From IMG/VR virus record IMGVR_UViG_3300029947_000227: a stretch of DNA of 64,000 bases; one strand, written 5' to 3'. This DNA comes from an uncultured virus (IMG/VR IMGVR_UViG_3300029947_000227) (Duplodnaviria > Heunggongvirae > Uroviricota > Caudoviricetes). Positions 29,254 to 40,600 of the stretch are shown in pieces. The notes below the pieces were generated by a model that saw only the letters and a program-made list of their open reading frames with translations, did no database searches and had not been told where the DNA came from. The first letter of the stretch is position 1. The number at the start of each line of letters is the position of its first letter. The position numbers were made by a program, and so were the translations under genes.

Positions 29254-30201
29254 TTACAGCGCGCACCCCTGACAACTCGTGTCCGGCAAAGACTCGCTGA
29301 TATTCTTCCACAAGTCGCCGCTCATCGTCGGATCGTTCACGATCCTCCCCGCAGTCGAATCCTGGTTGAGTTTCAACACCGGCGGCTCACCCTTCACGGG
29401 AATGGACAATTGTTCACGTTCCATCCACCGGTCATTGTCCTTCAACGGGTTCACGCCACGCCAGTTGGCCAGCAGCGGGTCTGCCAGCCAGTCGGTCACG
29501 GTGTTTGACACGACATCAGTGATTTTCCCCTCATCGTCCACGGTGAGCGTGTCCTGCCAGGACACGGTGCCAAGCCTGGGGGTGAACCCCCAGTAATGAT
29601 TCCCGTCGGTCGCGTCGATGGACACGACTCCCGTCGCATCACTCCATGCGATCACGCGACTCGACCCACTGACGACCCACCGGCCGTCGCCATTCGCCTC
29701 CACGGTCGGCTCGCCCGTCATGCGCGCGCCCAACGTCCACGCCTGATCATGCCAGTACGCGCCCATCGTCGGCCAGGTCGCGCACTGGGCGGTGGAGCGC
29801 ACCCCCTCCGCCTGCTCCTCGCCGGTCGCGCAATACAGGCCCGGAACGTCCGGACCATACTTCGAATCCACGTCGACCGCGAGATACGATTTCAGTTTGT
29901 CCGCCGACGGCACATCCCAACGCAGGGAAACCGGGTCGACGCCAGCCTTCGCGGCGGCCGGGTCGACACCCCAATCGCGTCGCGCATGCTCGAACCCGAC
30001 CAGCACCCCCCTGACCCGATCAATCGAAGACAAAGAGGACGAGGACGGGGACGGTGATGCGGAAACCACCCCGGTCGAAGACGACGCGGACGATGCGTCC
30101 ACCCCATCACCCGACCCGTCCGGATTGAACACCATCCACCCCACCAGGGCCGTCACGGCAACCCCCGACACAATGGCGGCGACCACACGACTGCGATCCA
30201 T
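29254..30201 (-). CDS. membrane-anchored extracellular protein
   Basis: N-terminal TM then Ser-rich linker; SD AAGGA. Confidence 0.7.
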   Translation of the reverse strand: MDRSRVVAAIVSGVAVTALVGWMVFNPDGSGDGVDASSASSSTGVVSASPSPSSSSLSSIDRVRGVLVGFEHARRDWGVDPAAAKAGVDPVSLRWDVPSADKLKSYLAVDVDSKYGPDVPGLYCATGEEQAEGVRSTAQCATWPTMGAYWHDQAWTLGARMTGEPTVEANGDGRWVVSGSSRVIAWSDATGVVSIDATDGNHYWGFTPRLGTVSWQDTLTVDDEGKITDVVSNTVTDWLADPLLANWRGVNPLKDNDRWMEREQLSIPVKGEPPVLKLNQDSTAGRIVNDPTMSGDLWKNISESLPDTSCQGCAL

Positions 30202-30211
30202 GAAACCATCC

Positions 30212-31312
30212 TTAGAAAGCCTTCGGCACGACCGCCACCAGCATACCCTCACGCTCCGGATCACGAAACACGACGGACTTCGCGCCACGCCTGCGCGCCA
30301 ACCGTACGGACGCGCCCGACGCGACCGTCACCGCATGCTGCACATACCGGGGGTCAAGCAGCACCGTGAACGGCTCTCCGTCCAACTCTCCGTAAACCAC
30401 ATCCGACGAACTCATCTCGGACACCATATTGTCCAACGATATGTCCACACCATCATCGCCCGCATGAATCTTCAACGACGCGGACGACGAGCCCGCAACC
30501 ATCAGCGCACGCGTCAAGGCGCCCCTGAATTCGTCGACCGGCAAATCCACCGTGGAATTATACGAGTCGGGCATCAGGCCGTCAACCGAAGGAAACACGC
30601 CATCCACCAGAATGGACGTGTCCAACGTGGAATCCGTCTCCACAGTCACAGTCCGATCTGAAAACCCCAAAGCCACCCGGCCCGCACCGCCCGCAACCTC
30701 AAGACGCTCCGCCGGGCAGATCAAATCCATAGCCGGTATCGACCCATCACCCCCCACGGGAGAGACGGCCGCGCGGGCAATGCGATACATGTCGCACGCC
30801 TCCACGCACAGCACGCCACCAGCCATGGCCAGGTGCGCGCCCACAAGCACCGGATTCGACCGGACGACCGCGGCGCGCGTAACCGGCTTGACCAGACGCA
30901 AAGCAGCACGCCACTCATCCACATCAAACTCGGCAACGGGATCATCCGGCTTCGCATGCGGCTCCAAAGCCGTCACATCCGACATCAAACGCAACGTCAT
31001 GCGACTGCCCCCCGCGGACACGCGCATCACAGTCCCATCCGTACGGACCGTCACATCCACGCGGGGCAACGCCCTGACCGCGGCGACCATCCACTCGCAG
31101 CGGACGAACGCCACCCCGTCCTCACCATCCACATCATCCGCCCACGCGCGCGACAAACCACCATCCGAACCAGTCGCCTCCACCGTCAGCCGATCCCCCT
31201 CCACCGACAGGCGCAGCGCGCCCAGAGAAGGAACATCGAAACGAGCCGGAACCACAGCCCCCACATGCTCAACCATGGAAGCCAAAACCTCCTGAGAAAC
31301 AGTAAAACGCAT
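30212..31312 (-). CDS. dnaN: DNA polymerase III beta sliding clamp (divergent)
   Basis: MRFTVSQEVL, P.L.G.HL, ACDMYRIA, ILVDGVFPSVDGLMP, C-terminal AVVPKAF; ~366 aa. Confidence 0.85.
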   Translation of the reverse strand: MRFTVSQEVLASMVEHVGAVVPARFDVPSLGALRLSVEGDRLTVEATGSDGGLSRAWADDVDGEDGVAFVRCEWMVAAVRALPRVDVTVRTDGTVMRVSAGGSRMTLRLMSDVTALEPHAKPDDPVAEFDVDEWRAALRLVKPVTRAAVVRSNPVLVGAHLAMAGGVLCVEACDMYRIARAAVSPVGGDGSIPAMDLICPAERLEVAGGAGRVALGFSDRTVTVETDSTLDTSILVDGVFPSVDGLMPDSYNSTVDLPVDEFRGALTRALMVAGSSSASLKIHAGDDGVDISLDNMVSEMSSSDVVYGELDGEPFTVLLDPRYVQHAVTVASGASVRLARRRGAKSVVFRDPEREGMLVAVVPKAF

Positions 31313-31379
31313 ACAACACAACCTTTCAACAAACAAAAAACATTCCCCCACCGTTATGCGTCACGCATAGCCACACCCC

Positions 31380-33779
31380 ATGCAATGGTTCCATCTGACA
31401 TCCGACGGCACCGCCCCCGTCGACCCTGACATCTTCCGCCGGCGCTCCGAAACACTGGCCGCCTCACTGGGACTGACGGACCGCCCCGGAGCGCGCGAAG
31501 CCATGGCCAGCGACGACGGGGCGATCCTCCTGTTCTCCCCCGGCAACACATGGATCGGACTCCCCCACGACGACAAACCACGCGCCCAACGCGCCATGAC
31601 ACGTCTCGCAACCGCCGCACGCGCCACCCCCACCCCCTGCGACACCCCGGACGTGCTGGACGCGCCGGTCAAAATGGCACACGCCCTGGTCCCCTGGGGA
31701 GCCACACTCCAACGCACCGGCCGCGACGTCGACGGCACCGACGGGCGCATCCTGCCGCCCGAAAACGGCTGGGTGGCGATCACCATCCGACGTGAAGGCT
31801 GGCTGGAGAACAAACGCATCGAAAACTGGGTGGCCGACGAATTCAACACCCAGGCCGACGGTTCGAAACTACGAGCGGCCGGCGTGGGCGTCGCCCGCGT
31901 CACCTGCGGAGCCCCCACCATCAACGACGCCCGTGATGGAGCCAGGGGCGCCGCCCTCGCCCTCGGCATGGGACTCCAATCATATGCGAGCCACGACACC
32001 GGCGGCCGGGGACGCACCCTCATGGCAACAATCGCGATCGCCGCCTCGCCACTGATCGGCACGTTCCTGCCCTGGCCGAACCCGATCATCCCCCTCGCCG
32101 CGACCACACTGCCCGCCCTCACGGCAGCAACCCTGATCGCCGGCTGGGCGCATCCCGCAGGCGCAGCATGGGCGGCAGGGGCGGCCGCCTGGCTGGCGGT
32201 CCTGTTCGGCTCCTCATGGCTGGCAGACGCGGGACTCGCATGGCTGCCGATCGCGGTTGGAACACTCATCGCCATCACCGGCATCACCTGGGCGATCCGT
32301 CCACGCGACGCAGTATGGGAAGCCATCTCACGTCGCCCCCGCCACTGGTGGGCCCCATGGCCACGCCGACGTCGCGCAACCAACGCCGACCAGAAGACCC
32401 GCATGGGAGGCAACGACGACAACCCCACGGCCGTCATCCACGGCTACGCACTCCAACGCACCAGCATGCTCATCACCCCAACCGCCCTCGCCGGATTAGC
32501 GACACCCGGCGCGGACACGGCCGCCAGGACCGGGGCGACCCGCGCGCCCGACGAGCTGGCGGGCGAGGGCCCGGGCGTCATCCTCGGCGTCGACTCGGCG
32601 GGCCGCGACGTCCGCGTCGCCCCCGACCGGTTGAAGGGCGGCATCGCGATCGTCGGCAAGCCGGGCTCGGGCAAGTCGAACCTCCTGCACGCCCAGCTGC
32701 GCGACGCTGGCCGACTCATGAAACCCGGCGACGTGCTCGTCGACTTCGAGATGAAGGACGACGCCTGGCCGACCGTCTCCAAACTCGTCGACGGCATCAA
32801 CCCGGTCGCCATGAACTCCACCGACACCCCGGTCATCGACCTGACCGGGCCCGGGAACCCCGGCGAGCGGGCCGACCGGTTCGCCGACCTCATGCGCCTC
32901 GCTCTGGGCGACGAGGCGTTCGGCCGCCGGTCGGTCGCCCAGACGCGCGCCGCCGTGCAAATCGCCCTGACCGTGCCCTCCGACCGGCTTGAGGGGCTCG
33001 GACTGACGGGCGTCCACTGGCTTGAGGTAGCCGCGGCACTCATGGGCCGTCACGGCGTCGACATACAACGCGCCCTGGCACGAATCGCCACCCCGATCTG
33101 CCCCGAGCAGGTGGAGACCCTGGGCCTGGGCGTCAACGCGAACGGCAAGCCCGTCATCCCGGACACGAGACTCGCGGACACGCTGAGCGCCCCGGCCAAC
33201 AAACTCGACCAGCTGCTCGCCTGCCCGACGATCTGGGACACGTCACGCAAGTCGCTCACCTGGGACGATGTGATCGACAACGGCTGGCGTGTCTCCGTCA
33301 ACCCCACCTGTCCGTCCGACGCCGCCACCCAACTGCTCGGCTCCATGCTGCTCAACGGCCTGCGGGATGCGGTCAGGCGCCGCTGCGGCGGCTGGCAGGA
33401 CGCGGGCCGCATGGTGGTCGTCGCCTGCGACGAGCTCTCGCTGCTGGCGGGCGCGGAGCCGGAGGCGGTCGAATGGTTCCGCGAACAGGGCCGATCGTTC
33501 GGCGTCAAGGCGATCTTCGCCACCCAGAACGCCCAGCAGCTCGCCCAGTCCGTCCAACGCTCGTTCCTCGGCTTCGACACGCTCGTCTCGTTCGCCGTCA
33601 CCAACCCGGACGTCGCCGCCCAGGTCGCCGCGAACCTCGACATGGGGCGCGGCGAATGGACGCCCGCCCGCGTCTCCGGCCTGCCCCAGTGGCACGCGGC
33701 CGTGCGCACGGTCGGCACGGACGGACTGCTGCCACCCATGGTGCTCGCCGTCCCCCTGACGCATGAGGGCCGGGCATGA
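31380..33779 (+). CDS. VirD4/TraD-like type IV coupling ATPase with central TM segments
   Basis: TM cluster; GKPGSGKS; VVACDELS; FATQ. Confidence 0.75.
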   Translation: MQWFHLTSDGTAPVDPDIFRRRSETLAASLGLTDRPGAREAMASDDGAILLFSPGNTWIGLPHDDKPRAQRAMTRLATAARATPTPCDTPDVLDAPVKMAHALVPWGATLQRTGRDVDGTDGRILPPENGWVAITIRREGWLENKRIENWVADEFNTQADGSKLRAAGVGVARVTCGAPTINDARDGARGAALALGMGLQSYASHDTGGRGRTLMATIAIAASPLIGTFLPWPNPIIPLAATTLPALTAATLIAGWAHPAGAAWAAGAAAWLAVLFGSSWLADAGLAWLPIAVGTLIAITGITWAIRPRDAVWEAISRRPRHWWAPWPRRRRATNADQKTRMGGNDDNPTAVIHGYALQRTSMLITPTALAGLATPGADTAARTGATRAPDELAGEGPGVILGVDSAGRDVRVAPDRLKGGIAIVGKPGSGKSNLLHAQLRDAGRLMKPGDVLVDFEMKDDAWPTVSKLVDGINPVAMNSTDTPVIDLTGPGNPGERADRFADLMRLALGDEAFGRRSVAQTRAAVQIALTVPSDRLEGLGLTGVHWLEVAAALMGRHGVDIQRALARIATPICPEQVETLGLGVNANGKPVIPDTRLADTLSAPANKLDQLLACPTIWDTSRKSLTWDDVIDNGWRVSVNPTCPSDAATQLLGSMLLNGLRDAVRRRCGGWQDAGRMVVVACDELSLLAGAEPEAVEWFREQGRSFGVKAIFATQNAQQLAQSVQRSFLGFDTLVSFAVTNPDVAAQVAANLDMGRGEWTPARVSGLPQWHAAVRTVGTDGLLPPMVLAVPLTHEGRA

Positions 33780-34066
33780 CGACCAGACGTGAAAGCAGCG
33801 TGGAGGCGGCCCTGGTGGCCGCCGCCCGCAAGCGCGGCTGGATGGCCCCCAAGTGGACGAGTCCCGGCACACTCGGCGTACCCGACCGGATCATCCTCGC
33901 CGACCGGGGGCGCGTGTTTTTCGTCGAGGTCAAGCGCCCCGGCGGCAAACCCCGCCCCAGCCAAACCGCCTGGCACAACAAAGCCAAACAACTCGGCCAC
34001 ACCATCTGGATCTACGACGGAACCACACCCCCCGACGCATTCCTCAACCAACTCGAAAGCCAGTGA
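33776..34066 (+). CDS. VRR-NUC domain protein
   Basis: RESSVE, GVPDRI, FFVEVKRPGGKPRPSQ. Confidence 0.9.
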   Translation: MTTRRESSVEAALVAAARKRGWMAPKWTSPGTLGVPDRIILADRGRVFFVEVKRPGGKPRPSQTAWHNKAKQLGHTIWIYDGTTPPDAFLNQLESQ

Positions 34067-34081
34067 CGCATACGCGCCGCC

Positions 34082-35227
34082 ATGAACTCAAACGACTACT
34101 ACGGCCACGTCCCAGCAGGCAGCGACACCGCCAACACAATCGACACCACGATCCGCAACATCAACTGGAAACAAGGCGTCGTCACCCTCCACGCCGTATG
34201 GTCCGACGGCACCAAAGAACACAACACCCCCCACACCCCCAACCATGACGGAGGCATCCTCCTCCTCGACGCGCCCGACCACCACCAACCCATCACCGGT
34301 CCCGCCGGCACACCACTCACAATCCCCGCCACACCACCCACCAACCCCAACGGACCAACCTTCAACCACTGGGAAACCGACACCGGACACACCTACCACC
34401 CCAACGACACAATCACCCCCACCATGCCTACCGACTGGGGCAGCCCCCAACGCATGTACGCCGCACAACTCCTCTCCAACACCCTCATCGTCGAAGACAT
34501 TTGCGACAGATTCGCCCCCACCGACCGCCACGACCACATCCTCACCGACCACGTCAAAACCCGCCTCATCGAAAAAATCACAGGACAAAGCATCGAATCC
34601 AACCAAAACACCTGGAACTGGAACAACCTATGGAACCCCCTCCTCAAAAAATCATTCTGCGGCTGGGCACGCAACACAGCACTCGTCATCGCCCGCGCCG
34701 ACGCAAAACGCATCCTCAAAGGACACGGCGAAAAACAATTCAGCGACTTCGAACGAGACGACGGAACAAACATCATCAACGACACCATCGGCGACACCAC
34801 CCCCACCATCCCCCCACTACCCAACAACATCGAAATCCCCCACCCAATCGGCGAACAACTCCTCTCACTGAGAAAATGGGCCAAACAACCAGGCATGACC
34901 GACGAACGCATGATCCACCGCATGAAAACCGCCGGATACTGGTCACCCACCCTCAACCACATCGACCCAAGCCTCGCCCTCCTCGCCCTCCTTACCCCAC
35001 TGCCACGCAACGACGCCGCCACCACCGCAATCCGCAACATGCTCGGCCCCGACGACACCAACCAGGAACTGTGCGAACTGTACAGAATCAGCCAAACCCG
35101 CAAACTCACCGCCCCCGAACACACGCGACTCGCCCAACTCGTCGAACAAAAAGCCCTAGAACACCACACAACCATCTACCACGAATGGGGACGCATCGGC
35201 GCAACCGCCGCACGACTCCTCGCCTAA
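34082..35227 (+). CDS. hypothetical protein with possible sigma region-2-like segment
   Basis: KSFCGWARNTALVIAR; motif 10 nt upstream. Confidence 0.65.
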   Translation: MNSNDYYGHVPAGSDTANTIDTTIRNINWKQGVVTLHAVWSDGTKEHNTPHTPNHDGGILLLDAPDHHQPITGPAGTPLTIPATPPTNPNGPTFNHWETDTGHTYHPNDTITPTMPTDWGSPQRMYAAQLLSNTLIVEDICDRFAPTDRHDHILTDHVKTRLIEKITGQSIESNQNTWNWNNLWNPLLKKSFCGWARNTALVIARADAKRILKGHGEKQFSDFERDDGTNIINDTIGDTTPTIPPLPNNIEIPHPIGEQLLSLRKWAKQPGMTDERMIHRMKTAGYWSPTLNHIDPSLALLALLTPLPRNDAATTAIRNMLGPDDTNQELCELYRISQTRKLTAPEHTRLAQLVEQKALEHHTTIYHEWGRIGATAARLLA

Positions 35228-35246
35228 CCGGACGCATAACACAGAC

Positions 35247-35540
35247 ATGAACGAACTACTCAACTGCTACCAACTCGCCGTCCGCATCGCCAACGACACC
35301 AGCATCCTCGTCGACCCCCACGAGAAAACCCTCGCCCGCCACGCCATCCCACACCTCAAAGACGCGCTCACCGAAGCCTATCTCATCCCCCCAACCGTCA
35401 CAGGCAAACCCGGCGACGACATCACCGGACTCACCAATAGGCTCCTTGCCCTATTCCCCACACTTGCCGCAGACGACCTGACACGCACAACCGCCCAACA
35501 TGTCAACCAGGCGATCCTCACCCTCACCCAAGTCAACTAA
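35247..35540 (+). CDS. hypothetical protein
   Basis: GACGCATAA 9 nt upstream. Confidence 0.65.
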   Translation: MNELLNCYQLAVRIANDTSILVDPHEKTLARHAIPHLKDALTEAYLIPPTVTGKPGDDITGLTNRLLALFPTLAADDLTRTTAQHVNQAILTLTQVN

Positions 35541-35550
35541 CCCACAACCT

Positions 35551-35584
35551 AACAGGGGCGGCTCGCAAACCCGCCCCTGTTTTG
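35551..35584 (+). terminator. intrinsic terminator
   Basis: AACAGGGGCGG...CCGCCCCTGTTTTT. Confidence 0.7.
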
Positions 35585-35615
35585 CATTCACCCCCCCGGC
35601 GAACCACGTGCGACG

Positions 35616-36193
35616 ACGCGCAAACGACGGCGAGGCGTGAGCCCCCGCGCGAAAAAAACAACAGGCGAAAAAAAGAAAAAACAGGAAAAAGAAAAAACTA
35701 AAAAAAGAGAAAGAAGGAACCGGCAAAAAAGAAAAGAACCAAAAGAAGCAAAGAAGAAAACACACCAAACGACAATCACGCGAACCAACCAAACACAGAA
35801 ACCCAACCAAACACAGAAACCCAACCAAACACAGAAACCAACCAAACACAGAAACCAACACAACACAGAACCCAACCAAACACAGAAACCAACCAAACAC
35901 AGAAACCAACACAACACAGAAACCCAACCAAACACAGAAACCAACCAAACACAGAAACCAACCAAACACAGAAACCAACACAACACAGAACCCAACACAA
36001 CACAGAAACCAACACAACACAGAAACCAACACAACACAGAAACCAACACAACACAGAAACCAACACAACGTAACAGGCGACGCCAGTCAAAAAAACACCA
36101 GAGGCCATCAACCGATGGCCGTATCAACCAAACCAACCAAACAACAGAAGGGGGGCGGAAAACACGAACACCGACTTAATGGGAGAAAACCGG
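35616..36193. repeat. Repeat family B, copy 2: A-rich tract + ~16 tandem 17/18-mers + conserved tail
   Basis: homologous to 8724-9162 with about twice as many units. Confidence 0.95.
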
Positions 36194-36210
36194 GTGCATA
36201 GGCCACGGTT

Positions 36211-37023
36211 GTGAGCAAAGCCAAAGTCATTTTCATCACCGGCGGATCCGGCGGCATCGGCAAATCCACGTCCGCGCGGGATTGGGCCGACGACCTCGCC
36301 GGACTGACCGGTTCACGCGTCGTCCTTGTGGACGCGAACCTGGGCCAGCAGTCCCAGCGTGAATTCCATGGTCTTGACATGTCACGCGGTTTGGAAGAGG
36401 CCGATGTGTTCGACAATCCACTGTCGGCGTTGATCACGCCCCGTGATTTGGGTCATGAGGCGAACTACGCGCTCCTGCCCGGCCCCCTCGACCCGCGTCC
36501 TGACAACATGCCCCGCCTGCTTGACTTGCTGGGGCGGACGATCGGCGCCCTGTCATCCCATTGCGACTGGATCATCGTCGACTTGGATAAAACCGATCCG
36601 GTGATCCTCGCCGACCCGTCGAGTGTACAGCATGCGGTCATGACCCCCTGGGTGGACATGGGCGGTGCGCGCGTGGTATGGAAACTGGAGTCGCAGGTTG
36701 CGAAGCTTGGTGATGGTTTGAAAGCGTTGGAAGCGTGGGCGCGCCCCCGGTCGACGGGCATTGTGGGTGTTGTGCCGACGGGTGCGCCGGACCCGTCGGA
36801 CGCGCAGTGGGAGCGGGTCGTAACCCCGTATGGGAGGTTTCTTGGAGCGGAGCAGTGGTCGGTTGACTCGGGGAGGCATGTCGCTTCGGGTGTGGTTGGT
36901 CATGCGGATAATGAGTTGACCCCCACGGTACGTTCCGTGTTGTCGTACATGGGTTGTCCGCAGGATCGTCTGCCCGAACCGGTTAAACGTGGGGGGCGTT
37001 CATGGTTCCGTCGGCGCAAATGA
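36211..37023 (+). CDS. ParA/MinD-family ATPase
   Basis: FITGGSGGIGKST, VVLVDAN, WIIVD; C-terminal RSWFRRRK. Confidence 0.8.
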   Translation: MSKAKVIFITGGSGGIGKSTSARDWADDLAGLTGSRVVLVDANLGQQSQREFHGLDMSRGLEEADVFDNPLSALITPRDLGHEANYALLPGPLDPRPDNMPRLLDLLGRTIGALSSHCDWIIVDLDKTDPVILADPSSVQHAVMTPWVDMGGARVVWKLESQVAKLGDGLKALEAWARPRSTGIVGVVPTGAPDPSDAQWERVVTPYGRFLGAEQWSVDSGRHVASGVVGHADNELTPTVRSVLSYMGCPQDRLPEPVKRGGRSWFRRRK

Positions 37024-37391
37024 GACGTGATGGCGCCAGGGCTCGCGCCTTGGCGTTGATGGAGGCGGCGCGTCTGGCGGATGAGGGCCGACCGGATTTG
37101 GTGTTGCCGATGTTGTTGGAGCGTCGCGCCGGTGATCCGTCGGTTGGCCGGTTGAGGTTGTGGCGTGTTGATCAGGCGGTTTTCAATGTGGGTCATGATG
37201 CGGCGTGCGGTGCGGCGGCGCGTGCGGCGGCATGGTGCGGGGTTGATCGGCCGGGTGGGTATTTGACGTTGGATTGGGTGTTGGATCGGCGTACGCGTGG
37301 TGCGAGGCTGACGGCGTGGCTGTTTGCCATGACGTTGCGTCAAACTGGTGGCAGGGGGTTGTCGGGCCCTGACCCGTACCGGTTCGCATAG
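37020..37391 (+). CDS. hypothetical protein, possible actinobacterial IHF (H2TH)-like
   Basis: DPSVGRLRLWRVDQAVFNVG resembles the mIHF D..GK.KV..LL..LPGVG pattern; ATGA overlap. Confidence 0.5.
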   Translation: MRRDGARARALALMEAARLADEGRPDLVLPMLLERRAGDPSVGRLRLWRVDQAVFNVGHDAACGAAARAAAWCGVDRPGGYLTLDWVLDRRTRGARLTAWLFAMTLRQTGGRGLSGPDPYRFA

Positions 37392-37507
37392 GGGCTGGGG
37401 ATTTTGATCTTTCGTGAGTTTAGCGGAGCAAACCCGGCCCTTCAGGGCCGAGTAAGCCGCGTTCCTCTGTTTCACCCATGCGTCGCATGATGTGAGAAAG
37501 GGTTTTT

Positions 37508-37603
37508 ATGTTGTGGTTTGTTGGTGGCGTGTTTGTCGGTGGTTTTTTGGGTATGGTCGTCATGGCGTTGGCGGCGCAGGCCAAACGCAATGACGGCGAG
37601 TAG
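37508..37603 (+). CDS. 31-aa membrane peptide (DUF3789-like; absent from ORF track)
   Basis: MLWFVGGVFVGGFLGMVVMALAAQAKRNDGE; SD GAAAGG; GTCGCATG motif upstream. Confidence 0.6.
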   Translation: MLWFVGGVFVGGFLGMVVMALAAQAKRNDGE

Positions 37604-37679
37604 ACGCCCCCTGCATGCAGTGGAACGCCCCCCGTGCGAGTGTGGTTCGCGCGGGGGCGTTTGTTGTTCGGGGTGTCTG

Positions 37680-40600
37680 TCAGTGACGGCGGTTGGCGAT
37701 GGTCACGCCGGCCATGCCGATCGCGGCCATCGTGGAGGCGATGATCACGGCGGCTGTCAGGTCGACGCCGGTGTGGGCGAGCGCGCCCCGCGTGACGGTC
37801 GCATGGCCGGCGGTCGCATGGCCGTCTGTGGTGTCGGTGGTTCCCCCGTTGAGCACGGTTCGGCCGGCCGTCTGCGCGTCGGCGAGCGCGATGTTGGCGT
37901 TGTTCGCCTGAGCTTCCGCCTGGGTGGCCTGTTGCTCGGCTTTACTGACCGTGGTTTGCGCGTTGGCGACGTTCTGGTCGGCTTGTTCCTTGTTCTTGAG
38001 GGCTTGTTCGATGGCGGCCTGTTGGGCGAGCTTGTCGACTTCGGTTTGCGTGGCGGCGACTGTTTGCGTGGCGGTTTCGACCTGCTGGCCGGTGGTTTCC
38101 TTTGTTTGGTCGGCTTGGGTTTTTGCGGCGAGCGCGTTGGCGAGCGTGCTGTTCGCCTGGGTGACGGTTTCGCGCGCCTTGTCGAGTGCGCTGGTCGCCT
38201 TGTCGAGCGTGGTTTGCGCTTCGGCTGCTTCGCGGGTTGCTTTTTCGAGGAGGGTTTGCGCTTCCGTCTGGGCTTGTTTCGCTTGGGCCAGTTCGTTTTC
38301 GGCTGCGGTTTTGTCTCCGGTTGCCTGGTCGAGTTTCGTCTGGGCTTGGGCGACTGCCTTGGTGGCTTCGTTGAATTTGGTGTTGGCTTCGTTCAACGCG
38401 TTGGCTTTGCTGGTCGCGTCCGCGTTTGCCTTGTCGAGTGCGGCGTTTGCCTGGTCGAGTGCGCTGGTCGCCTCGTTGAGTGTGGTGTGCGCTTGGGCGG
38501 CGGCTTGTTTCGCGTTGGCTGCGGCGGCGAGGTCCGCGTTTGCCTGTGCGAGTGCCTTGTCGGCTTGGGCGAGTGTGCTGCTTGTCCGGGCTTTCTCGCT
38601 GGCGGCTTCGACCCATTTGGTTTGCGCCTGGGCGGCGGCTTGTTTCGCCTCGTTGAGTTTGGCTAACGCTTCCTGCCAGGCGGGGTTGTCCTTGGTGCCG
38701 GCTTCGTCGTACGCTTTCTGTGCGGCTGTGAGCGTGGCTTGGGCGCGACTGTTCGCCGTCCGGGCTTCGGTGAGGCGGGTTTGTGCCTGACTGTTCGCCT
38801 GGGAGGCTTGTTGGGCGTTGGCTTGTGCGGTTTGCGTGGCTTTGGTGGCGGCTTCCAGTGTGGCGTGCGCGGCTTGGGCGTTGGCGACGTCCTTGGTTGC
38901 CTGGTCGAGTTGTGCGTGCGCCTGGCTGGAGGCTTGGGCTGCCGTCTGTGCTGCTGTCTGCGCCTGGTCGGCTTCCTTTTGGGCGGTTTGCCAAATGGTT
39001 TTCAACCGGTCGGCTTCCGCTGCGAGCTTGGCTAGCCGGTTGGCTTCCGCCTGGGTGGTTTGGGCTGTCTGTGCGGCTGTCTGGGCTGTCTGCTGCGCCT
39101 GCTGGTAGGTGGTTTGCGCGTCCTTCGCTTTTGCCTGCGCGTCCTGGGCTGCCTGTTGTGCGCTCGTGGCCTGCCGGTCGGCTTCCCCCGCTTTGGCGGT
39201 GAGGTTGTCGGCGTTGGTTTGCGTGTTCCGCCACGTGGTTTCCAACTGGTTGAGCTGTTCGCCGCCCACCGTGTTGGTGATCGCATTGTCGTAGGCGCGT
39301 TGCGCGTCCGACTGTCTGGTTTTCGCGTTCGTGAGCGTGGTTTTCGCATCCGACAGGGCTTGGGTTGCGTTGGCGAGTGTTGCGGCGGCCTTGTCGGCTT
39401 TGGCTTGCGCGTCCTCGACGGCTTTGAGGGCTTTGTCGTAGTTGTCGGCCGCCTGGGCGAGTTTCTGCTGGTACGCTTTGATCTGCTGACGGTATTCGTC
39501 CGTGGTGTACGACTGTTGCCCGGTGTGGCTGGCGGACATGTCCTGTGCGATGGTCACGCCGCCGAGACCCTTGGTGGAGTATCCCACGCCGGTCACCTGG
39601 GTGGGTTCCATGAAGTTCATGTAGTGGCCGACCTTCATGTACAGGTCGCGGTGCTTCACGTACATTTCGTAGGCGGTCAGGTTTTTGAGACTGGGGTCTT
39701 CGGCCACGGCCTGGTCGTAGGTTTTCTTCTCGACCTCATACCAGGGGACGTACGGGTTGTCGACTGCCCATGCGAGGTTCTGCGACCCGTCGTAGCTGCC
39801 GGGCATGTGGGAGCCGTGCGTGGTTCCCCAACCGCTGCCCAACTGGGCGAGCATGGTTTCCGTGTCGTCGACTTTCCATTCGGGCAGGCCGAGTGATTTT
39901 CGTAATTGGTTGCCGGTGTCGATCACGTCGAGTGCTTTGAGCATGTTGTCGAGGCTCGTGGCGGCGTCCTGGTCGTTGAGGTCGATGCCCGCGGTGGTGA
40001 GATTGTTTTTGAGTCGTTCGGCGAGTTCGGTTTGTCCCTTGTCTTTGAAGAAACCGTATGAACTGTTCGCTTCGCCGCTGTTGGCCTGGTCGGCGAGGAG
40101 TCTCAGTGCGGCGGCGTTGGCTTGCGCGGCTTTCAACGCCGCGTCCGCGTCGGCTTTCGCGGTGGCGGCCTTGGCGGCTGTCTGTTCGGCTGCCGCCCGG
40201 TTGGCTTGCGCGGTTTTCAGGTCGGCGTTCGCCTTGTCGAGCGTGGTTTTCGCTTCGGCTGTGTTCTGGTTGGCGGCCACGGCCTGGTCGTATGCGGTTT
40301 TCGCCTGGTTGGCTTTGGCTTGCGCGTCCTTGGCGGCGGTTTGCGCTTCCGTTGCGGCCTGGTTGGCCTGGTTGGCGGCGGCGGTTTTGTCGGCGGCGGT
40401 TTGCGCGGTTTCGTCGGCGAGTTTTCCGGCGGCCTCGGCTGCGGTTTTGGACGCGTTGGCTTTGGCTTGCGCGTTCTCGGCGGCGGTTTGCGCGGCGGCG
40501 AGCCTGTCGGGGTCGGATGCCTGGGCCGCCTGGTCCGCGTTGCTCTTCGCGGCCTGTTCGGCCTGTTTCGCCTGGTTGGCTTTCTCCTGCGCATCCTTGG

